DNA of 64,000 nt from the NCBI GenBank assembly GCA_044892525.1, contig CM097887.1:116600397-116664396 (forward strand), read 5' to 3'. The notes beneath the pieces were generated by a model that had not been told where the DNA came from, did no database searches, and saw only the letters and a program-made list of their open reading frames with translations. The translations under genes were made by a program, and so were the position numbers. The first letter of the stretch is position 1. Each line of letters starts with the position of its first letter. This stretch comes from Schmidtea polychroa (lineage: Eukaryota). Shown piece by piece: positions 25,136 through 38,966 of this stretch.

Positions 25136-26084
25136 TTTTATGAATATATTTTAAATATTAGTTTTATGTACTAACAGAAACATGCTAAAAAGAGCGATAG
25201 TTTTTTCAAAGAAAATTGTATACATTAAGAAACCAAGATTTTTACAGTGAAATAATAAAAACATGATTTTTTAACAATATTTATATTGAAAAGAACCGCT
25301 AGCTCTACAATTATTACAAATAAATTTACCGTAAAGTAAATTATAGGAAAATATCTAATGAATAATCAAAATTCGAATATATCATAAAAATATATTTAAA
25401 ATCTTATCATTGTTTCAGGGCTCCTTGAAGTACTGCGCCATAGGCAGTAGCAGTGTTCACTTAGCCCTTGCACCGACATTGATCATAATACATTACTGAT
25501 AGCAGTAATAAGTTTACTCTGAACCGCATTATAATAATAATGACATAGATGATAACTTACGACGATGGAATATTATTAATAAATATAAAAATAACTATAA
25601 TAAATTTATAATAATACCCATACCAAGTTTCATTTTGGCGAGAGTGTAGTACGAACACTAGTACATTAGCAATAACAACCTGTTTTTCCTGTATTTTAAT
25701 AGTAATATATGGATAATTATTGACAAACTGTATCTAATGTGAGTTGTTTTCAGCTGAGAATTAAATATTTCAATAATTTATTAAGATAATTTTAAATGAT
25801 AAATAATGGACTATTAAAATAAATTTTAAAATAATTTTTAATTGAAAAATTAAATAAGTTTTTTAAAAGTTTTATTAGTAAATAATTTTTAAATAAATAT
25901 ATTGTAAATATCGAAATATTAATAAATGGTTTTGAAAATAATTTATTCAACGCTGAAAATTTGTTTGAAAATTTTACAATATTTCATTAAGTAAAAATAC
26001 TTATTATTTATTTAATGAAATATTACGTTATCTTTTGAACCTGATTTAAAAAATAATTTAGAAGATGTTCTAGCAGCTTCTAAT

Positions 26085-26460
26085 ATGGCGATCATGTCTA
26101 TGGATTTCTTAATAAAGAAGCTATTTCATAGAGGAGATGATGTTGAAACATTCATTAAAGAATGTGATAAATATTTTAAAGTGGTACAATTGCCTACTTC
26201 AAGACAAGAAGTGATGGTCGAATTACTGATCGACTAACAGATCAGAGATATATATGCAGGAGTTGAGATCAAATGTATAAAGAAAGATTACGGAAGGCAT
26301 TCGTCAAGAAAACATGCTGGCAGAGGATTTACAATCTGCTATGTCCTTTAAACAGACGAGTGAGGAGCCCGATAAATATTTTACTATCATAGACGAGTTA
26401 GTCGATAAAATATTGGGACATCAGTTAAACAATGAAAGTTTAACAGAATATCTGCTGGTA
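26085..26460 (+). mobile_element. Possible LTR-retrotransposon gag fragment
   Basis: FHRGDDVETFIKECDKYFKVVQLP...LAEDLQSAMSFKQTSEEPDKYF, with a stop and a frameshift; capsid-like pattern judged by eye. Confidence 0.4.
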
Positions 26461-27396
26461 CACTATGAATATTGGTCATACAATTTGACTAAATCAATAA
26501 TAAATTTTATTTAAAAATAATCCAAAAATTACTGTTTTTATTCAGTATAATTAAACAAAATTTCCATATTTTGGGAACTTTTATCATTCAACAAATATTT
26601 TTTTTTAAATTTAATAATGCACAAATTCAATAATGGGATAATTCCGAATTATTATTTTTAAAATTATTCTTAATTTTAACATAAATCTGCTTGTATTTTC
26701 ATTTCATAATTTTTATAAATATTCTGCTTGAAATTTTAACATTTTAGAATTACACTTTACTTTTACCATTTAAAATTATAAATCATCACAGTAAAATCCA
26801 TCTCTATATAAATATTATCAACAATATTAGCCAATATGAACATGATTGTAACCTGGAAACTCGAAATTATTTGAGATTTTGAGTCAAGTTAGATTACAAA
26901 AGATATTAAAAATCAATAATTACATTATAAGCCAACAAAAGTTTTTGGTATTGTAAGAAATAAGAATAATTGATAAATTCCAAAAGACTTTATTTAAGTA
27001 CCCGGTGTGTCGACACCAACACAATCAGCAATAGCTTTGGGGGAAATAATAATCTGTGGCATAATTTGAGGACCCAGACAATAAAAAATAATAAATCACA
27101 CATGCATATAGGGTAAAGGTTAGGGAAATCAAATATCCCATTATAATTACATCAGAGGTATTTTTAAATCAGATTTAGATAACTGATATTTAAATTTTTT
27201 TAACTATTATGCAAATTATATCTGAATACTTTAGATTTGTTGAAATTCATTGAAAATAAAATTATCTTTTGATATATTTAGTAGAACTTAAATTTTAATT
27301 TATATATATGCTTTAAAATTTCTTTCACATTTATTTGGGGAAAATATGTTCAGAACAGCGTGTTTTAATAATCATAAAATTATAAGCAAATTTTAA

Positions 27397-27445
27397 ATGA
27401 ATAAGAAATTGTTTTTTAGTTTTGGCAATAATATTAAATTAATAA
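27397..27445 (+). CDS. NDUFA9: NDUFA9 exon 1 (putative mitochondrial targeting peptide)
   Basis: ATG...MNKKLFFSFGNNIKLI then the donor GTGAGT; phase 1 matches the acceptor at 27735. Confidence 0.6.
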
Positions 27446-27735
27446 GTGAGTTAATTTGCATTTATCGAGTTCATTATTATTTAGATTAGAATACTCTTCA
27501 TTTTTTACTTACTAGCATTTTTTATTTAACAAATTCATTTCCTAAGATTTAGTTGATAATCTTGAGTTCAAAATTGTTACTTAATCTATGAAAATATATT
27601 TTCCAAGTTGTATTCTTCACGACTTAATTAATTTTTATAACTACTAGATGGGGTTTAATTATTTTACTTGCATTTAATAATTAAAATGATAAACTTTTTA
27701 AATAGATTGTAATTGAATATTTTAATAATATTTAG

Positions 27736-27977
27736 ATAGCAATGTAAGATTTAATCGTTCCTTGGTTGTTGGGCCAATAGTAGATAATTATTTACCGACA
27801 AAATTTAGTAAGCGAGAAAAAGTTGTTACTGTCTTTGGTGCTACTGGATTTTTTGGTAGTTATCTTTTACACGAACTTGTTAAGAATGGGTATCAGTTAA
27901 TAATACCTTATAGAGGTGATATACATGATTTTAAACACCTGCGAATGGTTGGAGGAGTTGGTCAAAATTTGTTTTGT
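27736..27977 (+). CDS. NDUFA9: NDUFA9 exon 2
   Basis: VVTVFGATGFFGSYL Rossmann motif and IIPYRG; donor GTAAGG at 27978. Confidence 0.9.
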
Positions 27978-28022
27978 GTAAGGAAAATTTTAACTAGCCA
28001 ACAATATTTTATCACTTTACAG

Positions 28023-28386
28023 CCTTTCTCACCAGAAGATTTCAATTCAATCGAATTAGCAGTTAAACATAGTAATGTAGTGATTAATTTAATTGGTAAA
28101 GAATTTCAAAGTTACCATTATTCATACCGTAATATAAATGTCGATTTTGCCGGACAGATTGCTAAGATTTCTAAACGCTGTGGCGTTGAACAATTTATCC
28201 AAATGTCAGCATTGGGGGCATCAGAAAACCCCAAAGAACATATTCCAGGAGCCGGTTGTGAATTTTTCAAATCGAAGTGGCTTGGTGAACAAGAAGTGAC
28301 CAGAGAATTTCCCGGAGCAGTGATTATTCGCCCTTCTATGATTTGGGGAAAAAATGACAACTTCATATTTTATTTTCTCAATAAAT
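28023..28386 (+). CDS. NDUFA9: NDUFA9 exon 3
   Basis: AVKHSNVVINLIG, FIQMSALGA, SKWLGEQEVTREFPGAVIIRPS; donor GTGAGT at 28387. Confidence 0.9.
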
Positions 28387-30049
28387 GTGAGTCATTTAAT
28401 TATGTTTTAATTTCCACTGAAAATTTTGTAATTAATTTAAACAAATAATTATTTAAAAATTTTTTTCTAAATTAGAACTTCAATTTGTAATCAAAAATAT
28501 TTCATTAAATACAAATTTATTATAATTGCAGGTTTATTACAGTAAAATCTGTAAGTGTGGAACATCATAAAATCGATACATAAATTTGTCTTTTTCTGAA
28601 ACCCTTCATGACCTTTGGTTCATTAATGTAGATCCTTCACTGCTAACGTCAGCGTTTATATTATAAGATTAACTGCTGTGATTGTCTGTAATAGTGCCAA
28701 TCGGGTATAATTTGATAAGGGGGCGTATTATTGTCATATTATTGGTCAATATCCTCTCAGTTTGGAGAATGAAATATTTCTGATTAAATGGATGGGATTT
28801 ATGAGTCAAAGATGTCAATAGGGTTGCATATCTCTCATTTGTGCTCTCTTAAATTGTTTGGGGTTACCTCCCCTCCCTTCACCTTACCGATTTAATCATT
28901 TCCTTAATGGGATAGGAAAATAATGCCAGCAAACAGGTAGATCTTGACAAGCTCTATAATATTCCCCCAAAAAATATCAAAAATTCTCCAACAATGCTGG
29001 AAGTCTTCTCCAGAGAATAATTCAAAATTTCCGCCAAAATTAATTTAACTAATTTTTAAAGCGTGACAAATTTTAACAAATTATTGACACTCAGTGCGAT
29101 GAAATAAAAAAACAAAAAGGTGCACATGTGTTTGGTGTTTGGGGGGGGGGCAAAGACAAGGCTGGCAGACGGTTTACTGGCTCTTACCAGAACGCCCATG
29201 ACTTACAAATTCGCGGCCAGTGTAACCATGATCGCCGTCATGTTGGTAATGCACACTGTTGTTGAAAATCGGGGACAGATGAGCTGCTAACTTAAAACTA
29301 CTCTGCCCCATATTTTCTAGCGGGTCCTTGACGGTCTTACGTCCAACTGATCATTTCCTCATCAGAGTGGTAATATTTGCCCTGTAAACAAAATGTTATT
29401 AAATATCCATGCCCTTCCCATTCCAGGTTTTCTTTTTGTTAAAACAAGGAATGGCAAAAAACAAATTTGAAGTTGTATTAATTCAAAAGAAAATGGTTAA
29501 TCACAGCAACCAGTGCGGTAATCCAAAAGTATACATATGCGACTGTATACTATACGCACAACTTTACCATTTCAAATATAAATATAAATTTCAGATTTAA
29601 ATAGAAGTTCATTATTCTTTGTTTACTCACTACCCTTTAATCTTTTATTGGGCTTACTAATATTAATTAAATCACTAAGTCGACAGTAATTAAAAATTAG
29701 GATGGAAATGATGATCTAAATTATGAAAGAAATAAAAATATATGAAACTACATCAAAACTTAGAGAAAATCCTAATAACTTGTTGACTATAAAGGGTCTA
29801 TAAAGCGCTGTTTAAATTCTAAACAATAAATTTGAAATTTGTATTTTATATTGAATTTATAATTATTGGTATTTTGAATTGAATTTATTTTTATTTATAT
29901 ATTTTAATAAATGAATATTAAATATGTGAAATAGGGAAAAATTATTCAGAATCCTATATTCTTTAGTAGTTAAAAAATATACTGGGATTTCAGGTAGATG
30001 TCTCATTTAAGTTAATTAAAAATTTATCGATTTCATCAATAAATAGAAA

Positions 30050-31853
30050 GAAAAACAAAAATCAGTTTGGAAATAGTAGGATCTAAATTTTACACTCATA
30101 AAATCAAATGGGATTATATGGAGAAATTAAAGAAAGGAAGTCCGAAGAAAAAATGAAAACCCCTTGTCATGATTTTTGTGAAGACACTGGTCAATTTAGA
30201 ATGTAAATTGTTATTTCGTTTGAAGAGTTAAGATGAGCGCTTGGAATTTGTAAAATCGTTATTGAGTTAATTGGAATCAGATTTATTTGTAGGAATCAGC
30301 TCTCTAATCAGAGATCTTAATTTTATGTTCAATTAGATTTGAATTATTTGTAGCCGATAATCTGCACATTCGTTAAATTTAATTGGTGAAAGCTCAGCAG
30401 AATGTTGTCAAGAAGCGACTAAACTATTTATGCTTGTACATTATTGGTACACTTTTTTTCGGTGTCCACGTCTAGGTGGGAATTATTAAAAAAGGAGATA
30501 GGACCAAAAGGCCTTGATTCAAAAAGAATATGTGATACTCGGTGGTCTGCTAGAGCAGATGCAGTTAAAGCACTTAAATTAGGATATGAGTCTTTTAAAA
30601 AGGCACTACAAAACATTATTAATGATATAACGAAAAAACCAGTTGAAAAAATAGAAGCCCAGGGACTATTGAAACAATTAAATTTTCTTGAAACCGGTAT
30701 AATGCTATCATTTTGGTTCGATATATTAAATGCAATTAATGGGGCAAGTAAAACACTTCAAAAAGTTGCAATAAACATTGTAGTAGGTGTTAAAATATAT
30801 AATAGTTTATATGTATTTCTGCAGAGCAAACGAGAGTTAGAGTCTTTCAATTTTTATAAAATAGAAGGAATTTTAATAACTGTGTGCTACGATTTTAAAA
30901 CAACTAGGCAACATAAAAGAATAAAACAATTCGACAAAAGTAGTACACCAGATCATTTTTTTTGTAGTGATACGAATTTTCGTATAAATTCATATTACGT
31001 AATTCTTGATAAACTTCTAGAAATAAAAAAAAGAAAATGTAGTTATGATGAAATATATTTAAAATTCGGATTTATTTTCGATTTAAAAAATTTAGATGAT
31101 ACTGAAACCAGGGAGAAAACCTCTAAATTATGTGAAATATACACGAACGATCTTGATAAAAGTTTAATTGAAGAATGTCTATATTTTAAAAATTTTACTG
31201 TCCATAACAAAACTGGTACTGAAAATTCACAATCAGAAATTCTTTTAAAAACAATAATTGAGTCTGATATCGGATTCACTTTTCCAAAGATAGAAATTAC
31301 GTTAAGAATATTTATGAGTGTAGGATTAACTAACTGTTCAGGTGAAAGATCTTTTTCGCTTCTAAAAAGATTAAAAAATCATCTTCGTTCTTCCTTGCGA
31401 CAAGAAAAATTTAATAATTTAAGTATATTAGCCATTGAGTCTGAATTTTTTGAAAGTATTGACTGTGAAGAAATAGTTGATAGTTTTGCAAGACATAAAT
31501 CTAGAAAGAAAAAAATATTGTAATCGTTTTTCTTCATTCTTCTATTTAATGTTATATTTTGATATTTATGTTTGAAAGAAATTTATTTTTTTCTTAATTT
31601 TTTTGTTTAATGAAAACATTAGACTGTTGAGTTTTTGTAAGCTAATGTTAATTTAATATATTTTTATTGTTTTTTTTGTTCGTTTGTTATTCTAGTCATT
31701 GAAATAAAATGATGTAATATATAATATTAATATATGTATATGCAATAATGTGTAATATTATTAATAAACATAATATATTTTTGTAAAAATTGTTTTTTAG
31801 GGGCGCATTATAGTTTATAGCACAGGGACGATAAATTTCTAAAGACGCCTTTG
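30050..31853 (+). mobile_element. hAT (ZMYM1-like) transposase remnant inside NDUFA9 intron 3
   Basis: ICDTRWSARADAV, YYVILDKL, SGERSFSLLKRLKNHLRSSLRQEKFNNLSILAIE...FARHKSRK; frameshifted AHSLNL upstream; TIR-like ...gacgcctttg at 31853. Confidence 0.9.
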
Positions 31854-31922
31854 AACCGATTCAATTTTTATTAATTCTATAATCACATGTAGTAAACGAA
31901 TAATTTTATTCAAAAAAACTAG

Positions 31923-32178
31923 ATCGTCGTCTCAGTAACCGTAAACCAATTATTCCGATGTGGAAGCTTGGGCAAGAAACAATAAAACAACCAGTATATG
32001 CTGAGGATGTCGCTAAAGCGATATCTAGAATTATCTTACATGACCAATACAAAGGCTGTATTATTGAGGCCGTTGGTCCACAGAAATTTCAATTGGATCA
32101 TTTAGTAGTTTGGTTTTATATGAATATGAAATACAAATTTGAAGACATCAAAATTATTGAGTTTGACGATCTCTTTCT
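31923..32178 (+). CDS. NDUFA9: NDUFA9 exon 4
   Basis: Acceptor AG at 31922; TIKQPVYAEDVAKAI...GCIIEAVGP; phase-2 donor at 32179. Confidence 0.9.
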
Positions 32179-32223
32179 GTATGGAGTTTTCTTTTGATTT
32201 TTTGCATATTAGGATTTATTTAG

Positions 32224-32473
32224 GTTTAAAGCAAAATGGTTGCCTAAAACGAGGTATTTAATATCTCATTTTACCTTGGAAAGTTTGGAACGAGAATGCA
32301 TTACAGATCAACTGACAGCCGGTAGTGTCACTCTGGAACACTTGGATATAATTCCATGTAAATTAGAAGACCGATTGCAATGGTTGGTTAAACCGAATCA
32401 TTGTATAGGATATCGATGGGATGAATTTGGGGGATTCCCCCCTCCTCCTAATCCTCCATTAGCTTTTATATAA
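32224..32473 (+). CDS. NDUFA9: NDUFA9 exon 5 (last)
   Basis: The 45-bp intron 32179-32223 restores the frame: LERECITD...TLEHLDIIPCKLE...PPPPNP. The five exons sum to 1161 nt (386 aa plus stop). Confidence 0.85.
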
Positions 32474-33329
32474 TTTGCAAAGCATCTTGATTTGGTCTTT
32501 GTTCATAAAGTTTTTAATTTACAAAAAATTTTCAATTTTATAAATGACTCAGAAATTATAAGAAATTAAATCAGGAAAAATCTGATTATTGTGTGCAATC
32601 GGCTGTGATTCTAATGATTGATCATCGTTAGGGTTTGGTCGGTCTTAATTTTCCTCATTATGTAAGTTACTCATGTACGCCATCAATTTACCGTCCGCGT
32701 ATCCATGACAACTTCGGTTTTGAAACTGAATTCCGTAACCGTAAACCAATCAGAAGGTTAGCTGCTCTATTAAATCTATTCATCATTGTATTTTAGCATT
32801 CTGGTCCTTGACTGTAGATAGAAGGTTTTACGTTTTCTTGTCTTTACAAATTTGTACTTTACTGCTTCATGCACCTAAGACTTAGGTTAACGACCACTGA
32901 GAAGTCATGGTCCATAAGGCGAGAACATAATATCGTGGTAGAACATAATATTAAGTGATAAAATTGCAATCAACTTACTAGTTGTTTAGGAATTAGTTTT
33001 AGTGAAAGTTAAATTTGTGTCTATTATTTATTTTGCTGTTTGTGTGCAACTTTTTATCCAGTAAGCTTTAATTCTCCACCACGTCGGTGTATGGGTTATA
33101 CCAATAAATTTCATTAATTTTATTCTTTTACCATTGCTTTTTGGACGCCACGTTTAAGACCGATTTTTTGAGTGTTATTTATTTAAATATTAGACTTTGA
33201 CTGAATAATAACACGTATAACACAAGTTTGTGTGAAAAGTTCACAAAATTTGGTCTTTCTATAATAATTAATTATGTTGGGTTGCAGGTAATATACATTT
33301 TGTGTTGCTTCCAACACAACCCAATATAC

Positions 33330-33510
33330 AGAGCTCTTTTGCCACTACATGCACGAAACTGCAAGTCAGTACTACACCGTTGAGCGATTACTTCTGGTGT
33401 CCAGTTTAGAAGATGTCAAGTATATGGAGGAATACTCTAACGTCCCAGTGTTTATAACTGTCCGTGCCATGCTCGCGAAAGGAAAGTCGAGAAACGCCGA
33501 CCAATAAGGT
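33330..33510 (+). mobile_element. Possible retroelement integrase zinc-binding (H2C2) remnant
   Basis: Frameshifted HYMHETASQYYTVERL / DYFWCP / LEDVKYMEEY / CPC pattern. Confidence 0.3.
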
Positions 33511-35797
33511 TAATTTATATAGAAAATCTGAAATTACGTTAAGCTTTATAGTTCGGTCGTGATTCTAAAAGTTTTAATACTTAACACTAAGTGTCGTCGA
33601 AATAGTGCAGTGGACCGTAAGTTCCGAGCGACTTTAATTTTTTTGTAATAGTAATTGATTTATAGAACTCTCACATGACAAACCTGAATTCAACATTTAA
33701 ACTACATTATTTTATATAAGAGCTCGTTTCTCTAATGTGGATCCTTGCTCAAAGTTTTAAAATGTTAGCTTGTGAAAACACTATGATTATAGGCAACCAA
33801 AAATCAAACTTTCAAGACTGAAAAATAAAGGCAGAAAGCATAGAATTACATAGAATAATGTGTGAACACCGCAGGAACTGATCATCACGAAAGGCATGGT
33901 TGCATTAGAAGTTCTCTAGTTACCATTGCAGCCAAACGAGATAAATATAACCACGAGTATGGTACGACTATAATCAGATTATTTGATGTTAACCTTGAAT
34001 TGGCGAGAGGAAAAGAAGATTAGGATGACAAGCCAAGGACCATATGGAAATATATGAATTGAAAAGTGGATTCGACAGTAAGAAACTCAGTCGAATCAGA
34101 CTGTTGCGTATCAATTCTTAGTAAATCGAATACAGCACCCAAAGACGGTAATGACTGTAGTGTTTGGAGATTGGAAGGGCAAGTTGCGAAGTTAGTGACC
34201 ACATTCAGTCAACGAAGGAAGCATAATAAGTCGGGAAAGCTCGAACGTATGAGTGTGAGAATGATATTTAAAAAATGGTATACTTCTCCAGAATTCAGAG
34301 AAGAAAAAAGGTGATCGAAAGATTGAAAGGAAACAGCAGAATATTGATAAAATCAAGCAATGAAATACGACCAGGTTGTTCTGAATTAACCAGTACAAAT
34401 TGAAAATAAAATCAAAATCAAATTTTCGAATATTTTCAAAAGAGAATAAATAAAATAAAAAATTAATTATATCAAAAATTAGGAATGATTTTTAGTCGTA
34501 TTTACAAACGAAGAACTAGAATCAAATTAATTAGCAATGTTATATGATAAATTCAAAAATTCGTGAAAATTAAATTACACCAATCTGGCAGCAATAGTGT
34601 ATGTGCTTGTGTATAGCCAATCAAATATTTTCATAATTACACACTCTAATTTGACATAGTGGCAGCAAATTAGTAAGCGGACAACACAAACCAGTATAAA
34701 TATCGACTGAAAATTCATTTTTTAACTAGTTTTGGATTTGCTCTCAGTTTATCAGCGTTATATGAATTTTACGTTTATACTCGCTTGGTTGTAAAGTATA
34801 TTCGTGTGTAAGGTAATTTCTAAGTTTATACATTTTAAGTTTTTTTAGCAGGAGTTGACCCTAGTAGGTGATTTCAGTGGTTAAAACCCAATGTAAACAC
34901 ACCCAGAATAGCTGCATTAGGAGTTAGACTGGTATTTTGAGATGTCGGTTAAAAAATTTAACTAATAGCTCCAAATTGAATTTAAAATGTAATAACACTT
35001 TCTCGGGGCGTTAGTATTCAGATTTCGCATGGGTCCAAATGAGAAATGAGGGCAAATTCATACTAAAAATGTTTATAAGATAACTTTGAATAAAATCAAT
35101 TTATTGTAGAAAATCTAGGATAAAATTTTTGAAATTGGGAATAAGGGCGGATCTCTGAGTAAAAAATTTGAAAATGACAGAATAACATCAAATAATGAGA
35201 ACCATAATTAAATGAACAATGAGAAACAATAATCTAAGACATGGATAGAGAAAGTGACATAAGATCTTCTATCGCCAGTCACGAACTGAAAAATGAAAAT
35301 GCAATGAGGAGTAGTTCTAGTAGAGGAGCTCACCTGCTCATTAATTTTCAGTCACTTTTTACATTACCATATTTGTTAAATTTTACGATTGTTTTATTTT
35401 TTTATCTGTTTGCATCACTCGATTTTTTTAAAAATAAAACTTGAGGAAAAAGTTTAGATTTTAAAAAGCGTGATTTTAATAATCTATTTTTATTACAGTG
35501 GTTCGCGAGATTTGAAACATTGATGTTAACTACCAAAAGGAAATAAAACATTAATTAAATTAGCTGCTCCGATTTCTATTTTCTTTTTGACATATTTTTA
35601 CAATACATTTTATTGAGTTATTGACATGTATTAACAAGTACAAATATTATTTTTTAATGTTTTAATATTTGCTTTGTTTAGTCATTTCGTTTAAATAGAA
35701 TTGTTTTAATACATATACAATTTAACATTTAAATTCATTGAGATTACAATTTCTTACATTCGAATTAAATTATCATATAGATTTTAATTTGATTAAT

Positions 35798-37224
35798 ATG
35801 AGTAGCCATTACATCGTTGAAGAAGAATTTCCAATTTATTTCCTGGATTGTAGTAATAGTTTTCAGAACTTAACTGAAGCTGAGAAAAAGTATTCATTTG
35901 CTTTAATTAAAGCAGGATGGTATGGTGCCTTAATCGATTATGTTCAATGCTCTCCTGAATCCCCAGCTTTATTTTTACTTTCGCAAAAATTATTTAAAAG
36001 GCAAAATCCTGAAAAATTTGAAAATCGTTTAAAAGAATTAAAAGTTAATGAATTAGACATTAAACACTTTTTCAATTATTTTGCTACGGTATATGGAAAT
36101 TTGGGCAATTATCGTTCGTTTGGTGATTCCAAATTTATTCCCCGAATCGACGAAGAAAATTTTGATAGAATTATTAAGTTGTCAGACGCTTATACACAAG
36201 ATGTAACGTTTAGAGAAATTTATGATACAATCAAGCCTTTGATATTTTCCCTAACTTCAAGAAATAAGCAAATGGGCCTTGGTGAGGAAGGGATTAGTAC
36301 ATACTATTCTTTAAATTGCACTATGGATGATGCTAATAAAGTTCAAGTCTATCTGGACGAAAACAATATTAGCGCTTACAATACGCGAGTTTTTAAGAGA
36401 ATTGAAAATGGAATTACTAAATATGAAGTAAGACAAGCATCTTCATTACAAAATGTAAACAGGAGATTAGAAATTTCCAATCCCTCCCATAATACCGAAG
36501 TAAACCTGATAAATGGAGACTATCGTGAAGTAATGAGTTTGATGGTTGACGAGTTAAGAAAAGCGAAGGATTTAGCATTAAATGAAACTGAAAGATCAAT
36601 GATAAAATGTTACATTGATAGCTTTGAAACAGGGTCAATCGATGCTCACAAGGAAGGTTCAAAATACTGGATTCGGGATAAAGGACCTACCGTAGAGAAT
36701 TATATTGGATTTATCGAATCATATCGAGACCCATTTGGAGTTCGTGGTGAATTCGAAACATTTGTAGCAGTTGTTAATAAAGAAATGAGTAAGAAATTTG
36801 AAAGCTTAGTTGACAAAGCTCCTTCTATTTTAAACGAGTTGCCATGGCCTAAAGAATATGAAAAAGATAGGTTTTTGCAGCCGGATTTCACATCATTAGA
36901 TATAATTAATTTCCCAGTTAGTGGCATGCCGGTGGGAATAAACATTCCAAATTATGATGATATTCGACAAGATCTTGGATTCAAGAATGTTTCATTGGGT
37001 AATGTATTAAAATCAAGATTTAAGGATCCAAAATCTAATTTTATTCCAAATGAACACAAGGAAATTTTCATCCAAAATGTAGAGAATGCATTTGAAGTGC
37101 AAGTTGGACTTCACGAGTTGATTGGTCATGGTAGTGGCAAACTATTTCAATTCAAAGATGGACAATATAATTTTGATTTCAATCAAACAAAAGATTTAAT
37201 AACAAACGGGTCTATAGAAAGATG
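35798..37224 (+). CDS. DPP3: Dipeptidyl peptidase III exon 1
   Basis: YGNLGNYRSFGDSKFIP, GFIESYRDPFG.RGEFE, GINIPNYDDIRQDLGFKNVSLGNV, zinc motif HELIGH; donor TG|GTATGA at 37225. Confidence 0.95.
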
Positions 37225-37301
37225 GTATGATTTTAAATACTTTTCTATTTTTATAATTATAGCTAAATTTTTCCACATTTAATAAAATTTATAAATACAG
37301 C

Positions 37302-38500
37302 AGTTACAATTTCTTCACAAATCATAATAACAAATAAAGTATTCTAATATATAATTACGCTCATCACTGATTCACTGACTGATTCTATAACGCTCGCTGA
37401 TTGGTTGATCCTAACAATATTATTATATTATTATACTACTTTTAATATCTCAGTAATAGAATTTATTTAAACTTTTCTTTGACAATATTTGTAAAACTTT
37501 CTGGTATTTCAAATCAATTAGTTAATTGCAAGGCGCCCGTTGACAAATCATAAAATAAATGAACAGTTTGACATACTAAAAAATTCTATGATAGTATTAG
37601 TGAGAGAGAGAATTTTTTTATAAGAATACAAGAAATTGAATTTTTAATAAATATTTAGTATGTCAAACTGTTCATTTATTTTATGATTTGTCAACGGGCG
37701 CCTTCGGCGCCTTGCAATTAACTAGTATTTTAATAATCTCACATGTGCTTTCTATTATTAAAACAAATATAATTAATAAACATTAATTATTGAACATCAC
37801 TTTTCTCCTCTTTATTTTCTTTGCATCTCTTCAGCCATTCAATTCTTCTTGATTTGATTGAGTTTGGAAATTGTAATTCAACTTGGTGATAAGAATTTTA
37901 AAATTTTGTAAGGTCCCTCATATTGAATTCCCTCCTTCTTTCGTCTATGACATAGACTCTATGTGGTTCCAAACGAACAGATACTTCCTCTCCCAACATG
38001 AATACTCGAGTACCTCGCTTGTTTATATCTCTATTTTTCATTGTTGTCGCTGCTTTCACTAAATTTGTTTTTGTTTTATCTATAATTTCTTCTCTGCTTT
38101 TTTGTATATGTCCTAATCTAGAATATAAATTAATCTTCCGACCATATGCAATTTCAAAAGGTGAAAAGTTTGTCGAGTTTTGTGCTGTAGCATTCAAACT
38201 AAATTCAATCTTTGGTAACAATTTGCACCAATTATTCTCTGTTCTAATATCTGTCAATGATGTTGCCAGCATGCCCCGAGCTGTTCTTATCCGTTCAGCT
38301 AAACCATTTGATTGATGTTGGTATGGTGAACTAAATTCTTGTTTTATGCCAAAGTTTTCCATCCAATCACGAAAAAGTATATTTTAATAATCTCACATGT
38401 GCTTTCTATTATTAAAACAAATATAACTAATAAGGTCCCTCATATTGAATTCCCTCCTTTCGTCTATGTGGTTCCAAACGAACAAATACTTCCTCTCCCA
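37302..38500 (-). mobile_element. Gypsy 3' fragment: integrase core, polypurine tract and short LTR (LTR interrupted by a Helitron-like element)
   Basis: FSSPYQHQSNGLAER...LPKIEFSLNAT...FSPFEIAYGR. Purine tract then TGTTCAAT at 37796 on the minus strand. LTR pieces match 40063-40191; partial duplicate at 38380-38500. Confidence 0.8.
37343..37725 (+). mobile_element. Non-autonomous Helitron-like element with an inverted extra copy of its 3' end
   Basis: 5' TCtaatatataattacgctcatcactga; 3' hairpin ggcgcc-ttc-ggcgcc then CTAG|T at 37725; 37519-37580 is the reverse complement of 37654-37725. Related copies at 56278 and 56691. Confidence 0.7.
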
Positions 38501-38966
38501 CCATGAATACTGTGATATCTTCAATTTCATCATCACTTATATTTCCCAAAAATTCTTGAATTAGTAAAATAATTTTTTGTAATCTAAATATTCATTGCGT
38601 TTAATTTATCAAATGAATAATTCATACCTATCATTTTTAATTTTTTTTATTTGATCAATATTTGAATTGTAATACTGAATAACTTGTGATCTATCTATTT
38701 GATTTCTAAAGAAATAACATTTCATTATAGATTTACGACAGAAACCTTACTTATTTAATTTTGCCAATATGTTACGCTTTCGCTTTTTAAAATAAAAATA
38801 ATTCCATATTTTTCTTAGATTGAGCTTTAATATTTTCTGATGGGACTGAAACGCATTTGATATACGATATAGCATGATCGGTCATATTAATAAAGAAAAT
38901 ATTTAAAAATCTTATAATTTAACTCCTTTATTTAAACAAATATTAATTGGCAGAAATCTTTTAATA

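Noticed and set aside
29190-29385. Minus-strand exon-like segment (acceptor and GTAAGT donor) containing CTGATGAGGAAA, a hammerhead-like string
   Set aside because: All three frames contain stops, and there is no stem II or suitable stem III/UH site.
32201-32212. Nearer acceptor AG giving a 34-bp NDUFA9 intron
   Set aside because: It leads to a premature stop; the AG at 32223 restores the conserved C-terminus.
35738-35797. 20-codon N-terminal extension of DPP3 from a TTG start
   Set aside because: The first ATG at 35798 gives a normal-length DPP3; the extension is AT-rich UTR-like sequence.
38838-38860. ctgatgggactgaaacgc hammerhead-like string
   Set aside because: The core is CUGAUGG rather than CUGANGA and no stems form.
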